Positions 37,691-47,515 are shown, counted from the first letter of the stretch. The stretch is DNA of 64,000 bases from Acidaminococcales bacterium (GCA_031552765.1 JAVBME010000011.1:4178-68177), one strand, 5' to 3'. The notes: generated by a model from the letters alone, not told the origin. A program made the numbers and translations.

Positions 37691-38818
37691 TTACATCATT
37701 TCCGCAAATGTCTGTATCTTGGTCCGGGCCTGTTCCTGGCCCTCAGTGCTCTGGTCAATGTCCACGCACAACACGGGTAGGGAGTTTTCCTCCGCATTGG
37801 CCGCGATCATCGGATAGTCGTATTCTTCCACGTCACAGAACTTCATCAGGCAGACAACGACGCCGTCGGCCTTGTTGTCTTTGGCCAGTTTGGTGACCAG
37901 CTTGCCCCGGTCGCCCGCCCGGTCGTGGATGACCGAACAGCCTTCACGCGCGAACCACTGCTTGGCCAGGCGCTCCAAAGCGCTGACGCCCGCCGGTATA
38001 TCGATGCGCACCTGCCGTGATTCCTGCCCCAGATCATCGGCCACTACCGCAACCTTGTTTTCCGCGAAGATGTCGAGAAAATCCGCCGGTTCGGCGGTAA
38101 CGCCTGTCAAGACGACTTTTTTACCCTGCCATTTGTGCACAGGCAGTTTTTTCAGCTCAGCGTTTATTTCTTCTACCAGTGCGGTATGTTCGGCTTTTTC
38201 CATGAAGTGCGCGCTTTTCATCACATTATGCCGCACTTTGGCTGTTATAACGTCCAAATGGTCGTTGGCCAGGGCCAGGAACTCACGCATGACCGCCTGG
38301 TGTTTATTGTATATTTCAATACTTTTATTGAGCGCTTCTTCGCTAATCGGCGCGCCGGCAATATTTTCCAGCATCTTTTTGACGGCGGCGTATTCATCCC
38401 GGAGAAATTCTACCGCGCCGCTGTCGTCGATGTTTTGCGGGTGGATAAAGGCTACCAGCGGGATGTCTTTAACGCCGTCGCGCCAGGCGCCGCAGATGCC
38501 GCGGAAGGTATCGCACAGCATGGGCATGACAGCGCCGGACAGCCCTTTATATTTGCCGGTCATGCCTAGTTCCAGACAAGAACGCATGATCGAGCAGGTA
38601 AAGGCGGGGGCGTATTTACCCGCCACCGAAGGATTTATCTGGCCGCCCCACAAGCCCATGGGTATCATGCCGGCGGCATGCACCAATTCTGTAGGTGTGT
38701 ATATAGGGAAACAGCCGATAACTTTTTTACCTGCTTTAAGATACTTGTCCAGCATAGCTTTGGGGTTTTCCGCAACATTTTCCAGTTGGCCGAGTAATGA
38801 ATTTAGTTTGTCCATCAT
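37691..38818 (-). CDS. 2-hydroxyacyl-CoA dehydratase beta subunit (HadC/FldC/HgdB-like)
   Basis: YTPTELVHAAG, CSIM, LCDT, VVADDL.QESRQ and MKFCD.EEYDYP motifs. Confidence 0.92.
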   Translation of the reverse strand: MMDKLNSLLGQLENVAENPKAMLDKYLKAGKKVIGCFPIYTPTELVHAAGMIPMGLWGGQINPSVAGKYAPAFTCSIMRSCLELGMTGKYKGLSGAVMPMLCDTFRGICGAWRDGVKDIPLVAFIHPQNIDDSGAVEFLRDEYAAVKKMLENIAGAPISEEALNKSIEIYNKHQAVMREFLALANDHLDVITAKVRHNVMKSAHFMEKAEHTALVEEINAELKKLPVHKWQGKKVVLTGVTAEPADFLDIFAENKVAVVADDLGQESRQVRIDIPAGVSALERLAKQWFAREGCSVIHDRAGDRGKLVTKLAKDNKADGVVVCLMKFCDVEEYDYPMIAANAEENSLPVLCVDIDQSTEGQEQARTKIQTFAEMM

Positions 38819-40068
38819 TGCGCCTCCTTGCTCTGCTGCATTATTTCCACAAGGCCCTGCACCCTGGTCTCAAACTGTGCTTCACTGTATACCCTGGTAT
38901 CCGACTGGTCGCCGTCAAAGTTAGAGGTAGGCACGCCGGTATTTTCTTCGACGATATCTTTGCCGACGAAGATGTGGAAGGTCATCAGCTTGCAGCTTCT
39001 GTTGACATGGCAGAGCATGCCGTCGCACTGGAAGTCCTTGATGGTCTTGGAACGTTTTTCCATGATGGATCTGGTGGAAAAACTGTTGGTGGAAGACGTC
39101 GCGTAAGCATAAGCCATAGAATCCAGGTCACCTGGCGTGTATACTACATTCCATGCGGTGACATAGCCGTTGATGACGGCATTTACATTATAGTTTCTGA
39201 GTGTTTTGAGATTATGACCCAGATTTGGCCAGCAAGCGATGCCTTCCCAGTGTACGCGGTATTTTTCTTCCGCCGGGAAGGAGGATGTGCCGTTGGCGAT
39301 GTGTTCTTCCACTTCCGCCTTCAGCTGCTGAAATATTTCCGTAGTGGACTCTTTGCCGCGGCAAAGGACCATACAGGACATATAGTTGAAAAGGTCAAAG
39401 CCGCTCAAAGGCGAGGGTTTTCTCATATTAAGGTTGCAAATGTCGTCAAACAGCTTGCTGTTTATCTGCGAACGTTTTTGCACTTCGAGGAATTTATCCC
39501 AGTCGAATTTTTTGCCCAGGAATTTTTCCAGGCCTTTGATAGCGTTTTCTATCTGGCTGCGGATGTATTTTACCTTGTGCGGCGCCGGGCCTTCTTCGTA
39601 GTAGTTGTACAGGCAGTCGACGAAGAATATCGGTATGTTGAGGTCGCGCGCCAGGTTTTCATACCATTTCATCAGTTGGGTGCAGCTGTTGTTGGCTAAT
39701 AGCAAAAAGTCCGGCATGGGCAAAAGCGGGTCTGCCTCTTTGTATTCCGGGTCTTTTATTTTGTCGGCCATCGCCATGTTGAGGCGGGCGTAAGAGCAGA
39801 TATTCATCGGGTAGCGCATCGGGCCTTCCGCATGGTGTATAAGCGCATCGCCCTGATGTTTGGCGGCAACCGACGCCGCGTTGTTTTCCGGGTAAAGGAT
39901 GGGCACGTCAAAAGTTTCGCAGATCTCCTGCGGGAAAATGGCGGTCGACCAGCCGATAGGTTTACCGGCTTTTTTCGCGTCCCAGGCGTCTTGGTATACT
40001 TTGGCCGTCTGGGCGTTGACCAATACGCGCGACCTTGGCAGTTCGCGCTTGGGTTTTTGTTCTGCCAT
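38815..40068 (-). CDS. 2-hydroxyacyl-CoA dehydratase alpha subunit (HadB/FldB/HgdA-like)
   Basis: YPEN, ICSYAR, NNSC..L.KWYE, WEGIACWP, NRSCK and FDGDQSD motifs. Confidence 0.93.
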   Translation of the reverse strand: MAEQKPKRELPRSRVLVNAQTAKVYQDAWDAKKAGKPIGWSTAIFPQEICETFDVPILYPENNAASVAAKHQGDALIHHAEGPMRYPMNICSYARLNMAMADKIKDPEYKEADPLLPMPDFLLLANNSCTQLMKWYENLARDLNIPIFFVDCLYNYYEEGPAPHKVKYIRSQIENAIKGLEKFLGKKFDWDKFLEVQKRSQINSKLFDDICNLNMRKPSPLSGFDLFNYMSCMVLCRGKESTTEIFQQLKAEVEEHIANGTSSFPAEEKYRVHWEGIACWPNLGHNLKTLRNYNVNAVINGYVTAWNVVYTPGDLDSMAYAYATSSTNSFSTRSIMEKRSKTIKDFQCDGMLCHVNRSCKLMTFHIFVGKDIVEENTGVPTSNFDGDQSDTRVYSEAQFETRVQGLVEIMQQSKEAQ

Positions 40069-40090
40069 AAAAATGACACCTCCTGCTTCT

Positions 40091-40876
40091 TTATTCGCGC
40101 GCTTTCATAGCTTCCTCATAAGCAAAAAGCGCGGCCCCAATTGCACCAGCAAGCTGGCAGTCATCATGTACCAGTATCTTTGTTTTCAGTTCGTCTTCCA
40201 ATATTTTCACAACGCCGCTGTTTAAAGCGACGCCGCCCGACATGGCCACGTCCGGCACGATGCCGTTGCGCATAGCCAAAGAGGCCACCCGCTTGGCGAC
40301 TGAGCGATGAATTCCGGCCACCAGGTCTTCCAGTTTGACGTCGGACGATAATTTGGAAATGACTTCCGATTCGGCAAACACCGTACAGGTGTTGCTGATA
40401 TTCACCTCGCCCGTCGCTTTTTCGCTCAGGGCGCCCAGTTCAGTCGTTTTTACATTCAAGATCGTCGCCATCACGTCGAGGAATTTTCCCGTGCCGGCCG
40501 CGCATTTGTCGTTCATGACAAAGTTTTCCATATGTCCTTTGGCATTGAGGCGCAACACTTTTATGTCCTGGCCGCCAATATCGATGATAGTACGCGCGGT
40601 CGGCAAGAGGAATTTTACTCCTTTGGCGTGGCAGCTCAGCTCGCTTTTTTGGTTATCTGTCTCCTTGAAAGTAAAGCGCCCGTAGCCGGTAACCAAAAGA
40701 CCGCCTATATCTTCTTTTTTTAAACCGGCGCCCTCCAGGGCGTTTTCAAACACCCTCTGCGCGCCGCTCGTGCCTGTACCGAGGGGAACCACGGCTTTGG
40801 CGACTATCTCCCTGCCGCCTTTCATAATGACCGCTTTGCAGGCGGTAGATCCAATGTCTATTCCCATTGAAAGCAT
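40091..40876 (-). CDS. 2-hydroxyacyl-CoA dehydratase activator (HadI/HgdC-type [4Fe-4S] ATPase)
   Basis: GIDIGST, TGYGR, DIGGQD.K, MNDKCAAGTG and CTVFAESE motifs. Confidence 0.95.
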   Translation of the reverse strand: MLSMGIDIGSTACKAVIMKGGREIVAKAVVPLGTGTSGAQRVFENALEGAGLKKEDIGGLLVTGYGRFTFKETDNQKSELSCHAKGVKFLLPTARTIIDIGGQDIKVLRLNAKGHMENFVMNDKCAAGTGKFLDVMATILNVKTTELGALSEKATGEVNISNTCTVFAESEVISKLSSDVKLEDLVAGIHRSVAKRVASLAMRNGIVPDVAMSGGVALNSGVVKILEDELKTKILVHDDCQLAGAIGAALFAYEEAMKARE

Positions 40877-40957
40877 AACTTTTTCTCCTAAAAACAACCT
40901 AAAAGCAAGTAGTTATTTAGTTAAATTATACCACTTAAACAGCTACCTGTTTTTTGT

Positions 40958-42148
40958 TCAGATTACTCCCTGCTCATTGAGCTTGGCTAACTCTTCCTTG
41001 GACATGCCCATTTTGCCGCAGTATATCTCTTCGTTGTGGGCGCCGATCTCCGGACCAGCCCATTGTACCTTACCGGGAGTGCTGCCCAGTTTAGGCACAA
41101 TGCCCTGCATTTTGATATTGCCAAATTTTTTCGTCGGTACTTCGACGATCATCTCGCGCTCGGCAAAATGCGGATCTTCCACGATGTCTTTTACCGTGTA
41201 CACCTTGCAGCAGGGCACTTCGTCGCCCATCGCCGCCAGGCATTCGTCTATAGTATGCTGGCGTATCCATTCTTCCGCCATCTGGTTTATCTTGTCGCGG
41301 TTTTTCATGCGCCCGGTAGCTTTGCTGTATTCTTCGCTTTCTAACAGGTCGGCGCGGCCGATAGCCTTGGCAAATTCAGCGAAAATAGCGTCGCCGGCAA
41401 CTGTCAGTACCAGGTACTGATCATCCTTGGTCAGGAAATGCCCGGACGGAATGGTAACGAGAACACCGTTGCCCATGCGTTTCCTGATAGTGCCGTCATA
41501 GAAATATTCCGGTATTATCGACTCCATTATCCTTATAGTCGATTCGGTCAGGCAGCAGTCTACCCGCTGGCCAAGTCCGGTACCCACGACATCCCTGTTA
41601 TAAATGGCGAACATAACGCCGATGACCGCAAACTGCGCCGTCAGAAAATCGGCCACGGAAAGCCCGGGCTTGATCGGCGGGCCATCGGGAAAACCGGTAA
41701 TATGGAGCATGCCGCCCATAGCAAGCCCTATACGGTCAAAACCGGGCTTGTGGCTGTAAGGGCCGGTTTGGCCGAAACCGGATGAACTCATGAAAACAAG
41801 GCGAGGATTGTGGGCGTGGATCTTTTCCCAGGTAAAGCCCAGTTTGGCAAAAACGCCCGGGCGGAAGTTTTCCACCAGTACGTCGGCGTCTTTTAAAAGA
41901 TCCCACAATAATTCCTTGCCTTTGGCTTCTTTTAAGTTAAGTGATACCGTCTTTTTATTACGGCCTTCCACCTGAAACCACATGTCTTTTATCCGGCCCA
42001 TACCACGGGCAAGATCGCCAGTCCCGGGCGGTTCGACTTTTATTACTTCCGCGCCAAAATCGGCGAGCATAGTACCGCAAAAAGGCCCGGCCAATATATT
42101 GCCTACCTCGACTACTTTTAATCCTTGCAATGCAGCTGTCACTAACAA
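40958..42148 (-). CDS. Class III (CaiB/BaiF) CoA transferase
   Basis: AGPFC..MLADFGAEVIKVE, RNKK, ENFRPG and GFGQTGP...PGFD motifs. Confidence 0.95.
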   Translation of the reverse strand: MLVTAALQGLKVVEVGNILAGPFCGTMLADFGAEVIKVEPPGTGDLARGMGRIKDMWFQVEGRNKKTVSLNLKEAKGKELLWDLLKDADVLVENFRPGVFAKLGFTWEKIHAHNPRLVFMSSSGFGQTGPYSHKPGFDRIGLAMGGMLHITGFPDGPPIKPGLSVADFLTAQFAVIGVMFAIYNRDVVGTGLGQRVDCCLTESTIRIMESIIPEYFYDGTIRKRMGNGVLVTIPSGHFLTKDDQYLVLTVAGDAIFAEFAKAIGRADLLESEEYSKATGRMKNRDKINQMAEEWIRQHTIDECLAAMGDEVPCCKVYTVKDIVEDPHFAEREMIVEVPTKKFGNIKMQGIVPKLGSTPGKVQWAGPEIGAHNEEIYCGKMGMSKEELAKLNEQGVI

Positions 42149-42344
42149 TCACCTCTTAAGTGTTTTTTTAACAAAAGAAAACTGAATATATGACGCAAAA
42201 ATATTCACCGCGTCACAATTGACCTTCACATTAACAGGCAGTTAATTTAGTTTTGTTAGAATATTAAAAATATTCCAGTCGCGTTTGATTCTAATAATAA
42301 TAACCAATCCAATGTTTTGTAAATTATCAGTTTTGCTATTTGTT

Positions 42345-42362
42345 ATTAGTTTTTATGTTAAC
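42345..42362. promoter_or_regulatory. Operator copy A (ATTAAC-N6-GTTAAT type), upstream of the CoA-transferase/dehydratase operon
   Basis: ATTAGT-ttttat-GTTAAC, 21 nt from a minus-strand TTTACA -35 element (42323-18). Confidence 0.65.
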
Positions 42363-42417
42363 ATTTTATTCTATTTACAGTTAAAGTATGTTTTACCGCA
42401 GGAAACTGGCGGCACAT

Positions 42418-42453
42418 AAAAAAGCGCTGGGGAAGTTACCTCCAGCGCTTTTT
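42418..42453. terminator. Terminator after lysR
   Basis: AAAAAGCGCTGG...CCAGCGCTTTTT. Confidence 0.8.
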
Positions 42454-42467
42454 GTTATTTGATTGTT

Positions 42468-43376
42468 TTATTTTGCTATTTCTTTCGCCATTTTTTGGAT
42501 ATTTCTATGGTATTCCAACATAAATTCTTTAAAGGCCAGGGCCTGTTCGGAAAGATAAGCATCCTTTTTCCACAGTATTACCTGCGTCCGGTGGATAGGA
42601 GGATCGGCAATCTTTACAAAAATAGCATTGCCTAAATCGCCGGTAGGCAGCACCGAACCGGTAGTAAAAACAATACCGTATTTAGCTGCCAGCATCTTTG
42701 GACGCAAAGCATAGTCGCACTCCAAAACAATTTTAGGGTCAAAACCAACCATTTGGCAGAGGCGGTCAAAATACCTGCGCATGGAATAACCCTTGGAAAC
42801 AGCAATGAAACTTTCTTCCCTGCCTTCGATAAAACTTACTTCTTTGCGTTCGGCAAAAGGGTGGCCCGGATATACAGCAAAATAGGGCCAATCATCGTAA
42901 TTGAGTATTTCGTAATTCCACTTTTCTTCCGGCAGGTCATATCTGGCAGTAATTATAAAATCAAACTGTGAGCAATAGGAAGGATTGGCCATTTGGTCGG
43001 TTTTTATGAGGACATGGGAAAGTTTGACATCCGGCCGGTGTTCGATAAAAGCCTGAAACGCATCCAGCCAAACCACCGGGCTGCTTATGCCCACCGTCAA
43101 TCTTGTAGTCTGGCTCTTGGTAGACATTTCCATTTCTTTTATGGCATTGTCCAAAGTAGCAAAGACTGTATTGACATGTTTTAGATAGATGTGACCGCAT
43201 TCATTCAGTTTCATCCGTTTCCCGTTTCGGTCAAACAGCTTGTAGCCCAACTGCTGCTCCAGCCTGTTGATGCTGGCGCTCAAAGATGGCGCCGAAACCA
43301 TCAATTCACGGGCTGTGTCAGTCAAGTGCTCCTTTTCCGCCAAAGCTTTAAAATAACGCATTTGCAGCAAACCCAC
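42468..43376 (-). CDS. LysR-family transcriptional regulator
   Basis: QMRYFKALA...TARELMVSAPSLSASINRLEQQLGYKLFDR. Probable GTG start after a G-rich RBS. Confidence 0.93.
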   Translation of the reverse strand: MGLLQMRYFKALAEKEHLTDTARELMVSAPSLSASINRLEQQLGYKLFDRNGKRMKLNECGHIYLKHVNTVFATLDNAIKEMEMSTKSQTTRLTVGISSPVVWLDAFQAFIEHRPDVKLSHVLIKTDQMANPSYCSQFDFIITARYDLPEEKWNYEILNYDDWPYFAVYPGHPFAERKEVSFIEGREESFIAVSKGYSMRRYFDRLCQMVGFDPKIVLECDYALRPKMLAAKYGIVFTTGSVLPTGDLGNAIFVKIADPPIHRTQVILWKKDAYLSEQALAFKEFMLEYHRNIQKMAKEIAK

Positions 43377-43450
43377 AACAAACGCCCCCCACTGTATATC
43401 AAAGCAATTATAATTAAATATTATCATATAAAAGAAAAAAATCAACTATT

Positions 43451-43468
43451 ATTAACTTTTAAGCTAAT
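43451..43468. promoter_or_regulatory. Operator copy B, lysR/DASS-1 divergent region
   Basis: ATTAAC-ttttaa-GCTAAT, 21 nt before TATACA (43490-95), 17 nt spacer, CATAAT (43513-18). Confidence 0.7.
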
Positions 43469-43656
43469 AAGATATAAATAAATTAATAATATACAAAATT
43501 AAGTTTTTTTATCATAATAAAACTTAAATAATCAGAAAATTTTTAAGATGCGTTTCTTCTTAATAAATTTTCACAATGAATCCTATTGTAAATTTATATA
43601 AAGAAAATAGACAAAGAACTGTCGTTTTAAAAATTATCCATAATTATCAATACAAA

Positions 43657-43710
43657 TTTTGCTTCACAGCAGGCGGCCGGTTAGTCGCGTTTCCGGCTAC
43701 TGTTTAAAAA
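43657..43710 (+). repeat. Conserved 5'-leader hairpin block, copy 1
   Basis: 52 of 54 nt identical to 45280-45333; stem GGCCGG/CCGGCT. Confidence 0.85.
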
Positions 43711-43731
43711 TATTTTTGGGGAGGCTAATCA

Positions 43732-45012
43732 ATGGATAAAAGCACTATTGCGATCATTATCATAGCGGTCGCTATTGTATCCTTCGTGCTGGAAAAAATC
43801 CCTCTTGCCGTAACTGCTATGGCTGCCAGCGTACTTATGGGCGTGACCAAGGTCATGCCGTTCGCGAATGTCTCCAACGGTTTCGGCGCCACCGTCACCA
43901 TGATGGTCGCCGGTATGATGATCGTCGGCAATGCTTTGTTTGAAACAGGCGTGGCCCGCATTATCGGTATCAAAATCGCCAACAGCCCCTTAGCCAAAAA
44001 CGAGCGTGTATTTACCTTTGTTATTGTCGTCATTTGCTGCATCCTGACAGGCTTTTTGAGTAACTCCGCCGTCATCGCCATGTTCATGCCGATCATCGGC
44101 GCCGTGGCCAGCCGTTCTGGCGGCCGCATCCAGGCGAAAAACATCACCATCATGGCCGGCATGGCCTGCGCAGTCGGCGCCAGCATCACTATGGTAGGCT
44201 CCACAGCGCAGTTAGTGGGCCAGGGCATACTCATGAAAACCCAGGGCGCCCGCGCGCTCGGCTTTTTTGAAATGGCCCCCATCACAGTCATCTTATGCGT
44301 GGTTTTCTGTATATATGCCGCTACCATCGGCAATTCCATCGCCAGAAAAACCTTTGACTTTGAAAATCCTTCTGCTGTCACGACAAATACGGAGGAAATA
44401 GATGAGGAAATCAAAATCACCTGGCAAATGGTCCTCTCCAGCGTAGTAATGATCCTTTGCATCACCGGCTTTGTGCTCAATGTCTGGAATGTAGGCATCA
44501 TCGGCCTGGCCGGCGCGACCGTGCTCCTGGCCACAAAATGCATCGACTACAAGAAAGCCCTGCGCGAACTGGACTGGAATACCCTCATAATCCTTGGCGC
44601 AGCTCAGGGTTTTGCTTATGGCCTTGATGTCTCCGGCGGCGGTAAAGTCATCGCCAACTTTACTCTTTCCGTTTTTGGCGGCTCCAGCGCTTCCCCCTAT
44701 GTCCTTTTGGTAGTAGGCATCGTTTTATCGACAGTACTTACTAACTTTATGTCCAACACCGCAGTTGTAGCTATGCTTGTACCTATCTTTATACCGATAT
44801 CTTTCGCTCTCAATGTATCACCCATACCTTTCGCCATAGCAGTCATCATCTCGGCCAACAACGCCATATCGACGCCTATAGGTACACCCTGCGTCACCCA
44901 GACCCTGCCCGCCGGTTACCGCTATATGGACTATGTGCGCGTAGGTCTGCCGATAAATATTATCCTGGTAATAATGACCTGCCTTCTGATGCCCATACTC
45001 AGTCCGTTATGA
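43732..45012 (+). CDS. SLC13/DASS-family permease, copy 1
   Basis: Polytopic 426 aa with FLSNSA, FMSNTA, STPIGTP and GYRYMDY motifs. Confidence 0.9.
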   Translation: MDKSTIAIIIIAVAIVSFVLEKIPLAVTAMAASVLMGVTKVMPFANVSNGFGATVTMMVAGMMIVGNALFETGVARIIGIKIANSPLAKNERVFTFVIVVICCILTGFLSNSAVIAMFMPIIGAVASRSGGRIQAKNITIMAGMACAVGASITMVGSTAQLVGQGILMKTQGARALGFFEMAPITVILCVVFCIYAATIGNSIARKTFDFENPSAVTTNTEEIDEEIKITWQMVLSSVVMILCITGFVLNVWNVGIIGLAGATVLLATKCIDYKKALRELDWNTLIILGAAQGFAYGLDVSGGGKVIANFTLSVFGGSSASPYVLLVVGIVLSTVLTNFMSNTAVVAMLVPIFIPISFALNVSPIPFAIAVIISANNAISTPIGTPCVTQTLPAGYRYMDYVRVGLPINIILVIMTCLLMPILSPL

Positions 45013-45028
45013 TTTGAATCTGTCAAAA

Positions 45029-45061
45029 CAGGCTGGCTGCAACATGATGCCAGCCTGCTTT
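45029..45061 (+). terminator. Terminator-like hairpin after DASS-1
   Basis: CAGGCTGGC...GCCAGCCTG followed by CTTT. Confidence 0.6.
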
Positions 45062-45069
45062 GCAATGCA

Positions 45070-45087
45070 ATTAACCCTAAAGTTAAT
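45070..45087. promoter_or_regulatory. Operator copy C, upstream of DASS-2
   Basis: Perfect ATTAAC-cctaaa-GTTAAT, 21 nt before TTTACA (45109-14), 18 nt spacer, CATAAT (45133-38). Confidence 0.72.
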
Positions 45088-45279
45088 ACTATGTAAAAAA
45101 AATAATAATTTACAAGAAGCGGAGGTTGTAAGCATAATGAAATAAGTGAAAAATGTGAAAATTTTCTGAAAACCCAGCGAATTAAACAAATGTATACTGT
45201 TCAGCCAACTAAAAGCGGACAGGCAGACAAATGGAATTTTTCAGCTTTTAGAAGATTATCCATATTTTCCCATACATGT

Positions 45280-45333
45280 TTTTGCTTCACGGCAGGCAGC
45301 CGGTTAGTCGCGTTTCCGGCTACTGTTTAAAAA
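45280..45333 (+). repeat. Conserved 5'-leader hairpin block, copy 2
   Basis: Duplicate of 43657-43710; stem AGCCGG/CCGGCT. Confidence 0.85.
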
Positions 45334-45362
45334 CATATAAATATATTTGGGGAGGCTAATAA

Positions 45363-46643
45363 ATGGATAAAAGCACTATTGCGATCATCATCATAGTGGT
45401 CGCCATTGTATCCTTCATGCTGGAGAAAATCCCTCTTGCCGTAACCGCTATGGCTGCCAGCGTACTTATGGGCGTAACCAAAGTCATGCCGTTCGCCAAT
45501 GTCTCCAACGGTTTTGGCGCCACCGTCACCATGATGGTCGCCGGTATGATGATCGTCGGCAATGCTTTGTTTGAGACGGGCGTGGCCCGCGTCATCGGCA
45601 TCAAGATAGGCAACAGCCCGCTGGCGAAAAACGAAAAAGTATTTACCTTTATTATTGTCGTCATTTGCTGTATACTTACAGGCTTTTTGAGCAATTCGGC
45701 CGTCATCGCCATGTTCATGCCCATAATCTCAGCCGTGGCCAGTCGTTCAGGCGGCCGCATCCAGGCGAAAAACATCACCATCATGGCCGGTATGGCTGCC
45801 GCCGTTGGCGCCAGCATCACTATGGTAGGCTCCACAGCCCAGTTAGTGGGCCAGGGCATACTCATGAAAACCCAGGGCGCACGCGCGCTCGGCTTTTTTG
45901 AAATGGCTCCCATTACAGTTGTTCTTTGTATAGTTTTTTGCATTTATTGCGCGACCATCGGCAATACAATAGCCAGAAAATCTTTTGACTTCGAAGAGCC
46001 TCAGATCGGTGAAACGAACGACAATGAATTGGATGAAAACATCACTATTACCTGGCAAATGGTGCTGTCCAGCGTCGTCATGATCCTTTGTATAGCCGGT
46101 TTTGTGCTCAATGTCTGGAATGTCGGCATCATCGGCCTGGCTGGCGCCACAGTGCTCCTGGCCACCAAGTGCATCGACTACAAAAAAGCCCTGCGCGAAC
46201 TGGATTGGAACACTCTTATCATACTCGGCGCAGCCCAGGGCTTTGCCTACGGCCTTGATGTCTCCGGCGGCGGCAAAGTCATTGCCAACGCTACCCTATC
46301 CGTATTCGGCGGCGTCAGCGCCTCGCCTTATGTCCTTTTGATAGTGTCCATAGTCATCTCCATGGTACTCACCAACTTTATGTCCAACACCGCAGTAGTA
46401 GCCATGCTTGTGCCTATTTTCCTGCCAATAGCTTTTGCGCTCAATGTTTCGCCGATACCCTTTGCTATAGCCATCATCGTATCAGCCAACAACGCTATAT
46501 CGACGCCTATAGGCACACCCTGCGTCACCCAGACCTTGCCGGTCGGCTACAGGTATATGGACTATGTAAAAGTGGGCCTGCCAATAAACATAATACTTGT
46601 TATAATGACCTGCCTGTTGATGCCTATACTCAGCCCGTTCTAA
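45363..46643 (+). CDS. SLC13/DASS-family permease, copy 2 (tandem paralog)
   Basis: 426 aa, colinear and highly similar to 43732-45012. Confidence 0.9.
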   Translation: MDKSTIAIIIIVVAIVSFMLEKIPLAVTAMAASVLMGVTKVMPFANVSNGFGATVTMMVAGMMIVGNALFETGVARVIGIKIGNSPLAKNEKVFTFIIVVICCILTGFLSNSAVIAMFMPIISAVASRSGGRIQAKNITIMAGMAAAVGASITMVGSTAQLVGQGILMKTQGARALGFFEMAPITVVLCIVFCIYCATIGNTIARKSFDFEEPQIGETNDNELDENITITWQMVLSSVVMILCIAGFVLNVWNVGIIGLAGATVLLATKCIDYKKALRELDWNTLIILGAAQGFAYGLDVSGGGKVIANATLSVFGGVSASPYVLLIVSIVISMVLTNFMSNTAVVAMLVPIFLPIAFALNVSPIPFAIAIIVSANNAISTPIGTPCVTQTLPVGYRYMDYVKVGLPINIILVIMTCLLMPILSPF

Positions 46644-46720
46644 AATGCCCTCACCCTTATTGGCAGCCGGCTGTGAGTTATCATGGCCGGCTGCCGACAT
46701 TATAAGCCAAGGAGTTTTGT

Positions 46721-47497
46721 ATGGAAGAAAACATGATACTAAGTGAGATAAAAGAAGATATCGGCATTATCACCATAAACCGGCCGGAGGTAAGAAACGC
46801 CCTCAGCCTCGAGGCCTGGCGCTGTTTGCATACGGCTTTTACCGCCCTTGAAGCCGACAGCCGGGTGCGCGTTATTGTCATTACCGGCGCCGGCGACAAG
46901 GCGTTCGTAGCAGGCGCCGACCTGAACGCTTTAAAAGTACGCAGCGCCATAGAAACCTTTGAAAGTGAAACGGCAAAAATCGTCATAGCCCTCGAGAACC
47001 TCAGCAAACCGACTATCGCCATGATCAACGGCTTTTGCCTGGGCGGGGGCCTCGAAGTGGCTATGGGCTGCGATATCAGAATCGCCAGTGAGGACGCTAA
47101 GCTAGGCCAGACGGAAATAAACGTCGGCATATTGCCTGGCTGCGGCGGCACACAGCGGCTATCCCGCCTGGTCGGACTGGCTAAAGCTAAAGAACTGGTT
47201 TTCACCGGCAAAGTAATCTCTGCTGCAGATGCTCAGAACATCGGCCTGGTCAACCAGGTAGTACCCAAAGAACATTTAGTATCTGAAACTATGTCCATGG
47301 CCAAAAGCATTGCCGAAAAAAGCCCCCTGACCCTCAAAGTCGCCAAACTGGTCATGAGTAAAGGCTTTGACGCCGACCTGGCCAGCGGGCTCAACCTTGA
47401 GCGCCTGGGGCAAACGTTTATCTTCGGCAGCCACGACCATCTTGAAGGCATCAACGCCTTTCTAGAAAAGCGCGCGCCAAAGTTTACAGGAAATTAA
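46721..47497 (+). CDS. Enoyl-CoA hydratase (crotonase, Crt-like)
   Basis: AFVAGAD, GGGLEVAMGCD and GQTEI..GILPGCGGTQRL; both catalytic Glu present. Confidence 0.93.
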   Translation: MEENMILSEIKEDIGIITINRPEVRNALSLEAWRCLHTAFTALEADSRVRVIVITGAGDKAFVAGADLNALKVRSAIETFESETAKIVIALENLSKPTIAMINGFCLGGGLEVAMGCDIRIASEDAKLGQTEINVGILPGCGGTQRLSRLVGLAKAKELVFTGKVISAADAQNIGLVNQVVPKEHLVSETMSMAKSIAEKSPLTLKVAKLVMSKGFDADLASGLNLERLGQTFIFGSHDHLEGINAFLEKRAPKFTGN

Positions 47498-47515
47498 AAA
47501 GGAGGTGCGCCGACT

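Noticed and set aside
37872-39699. Long + strand ORFs (350 and 300 aa) opposite the dehydratase genes
   Set aside because: Antisense shadows of well-supported genes with no motifs. The same applies to 23848-24525, 43725-44543, 48184-48966 and similar ORFs.
43732-46643. Assembly-duplication artefact
   Set aside because: The copies differ at many synonymous sites, in one loop and across most of the upstream region.
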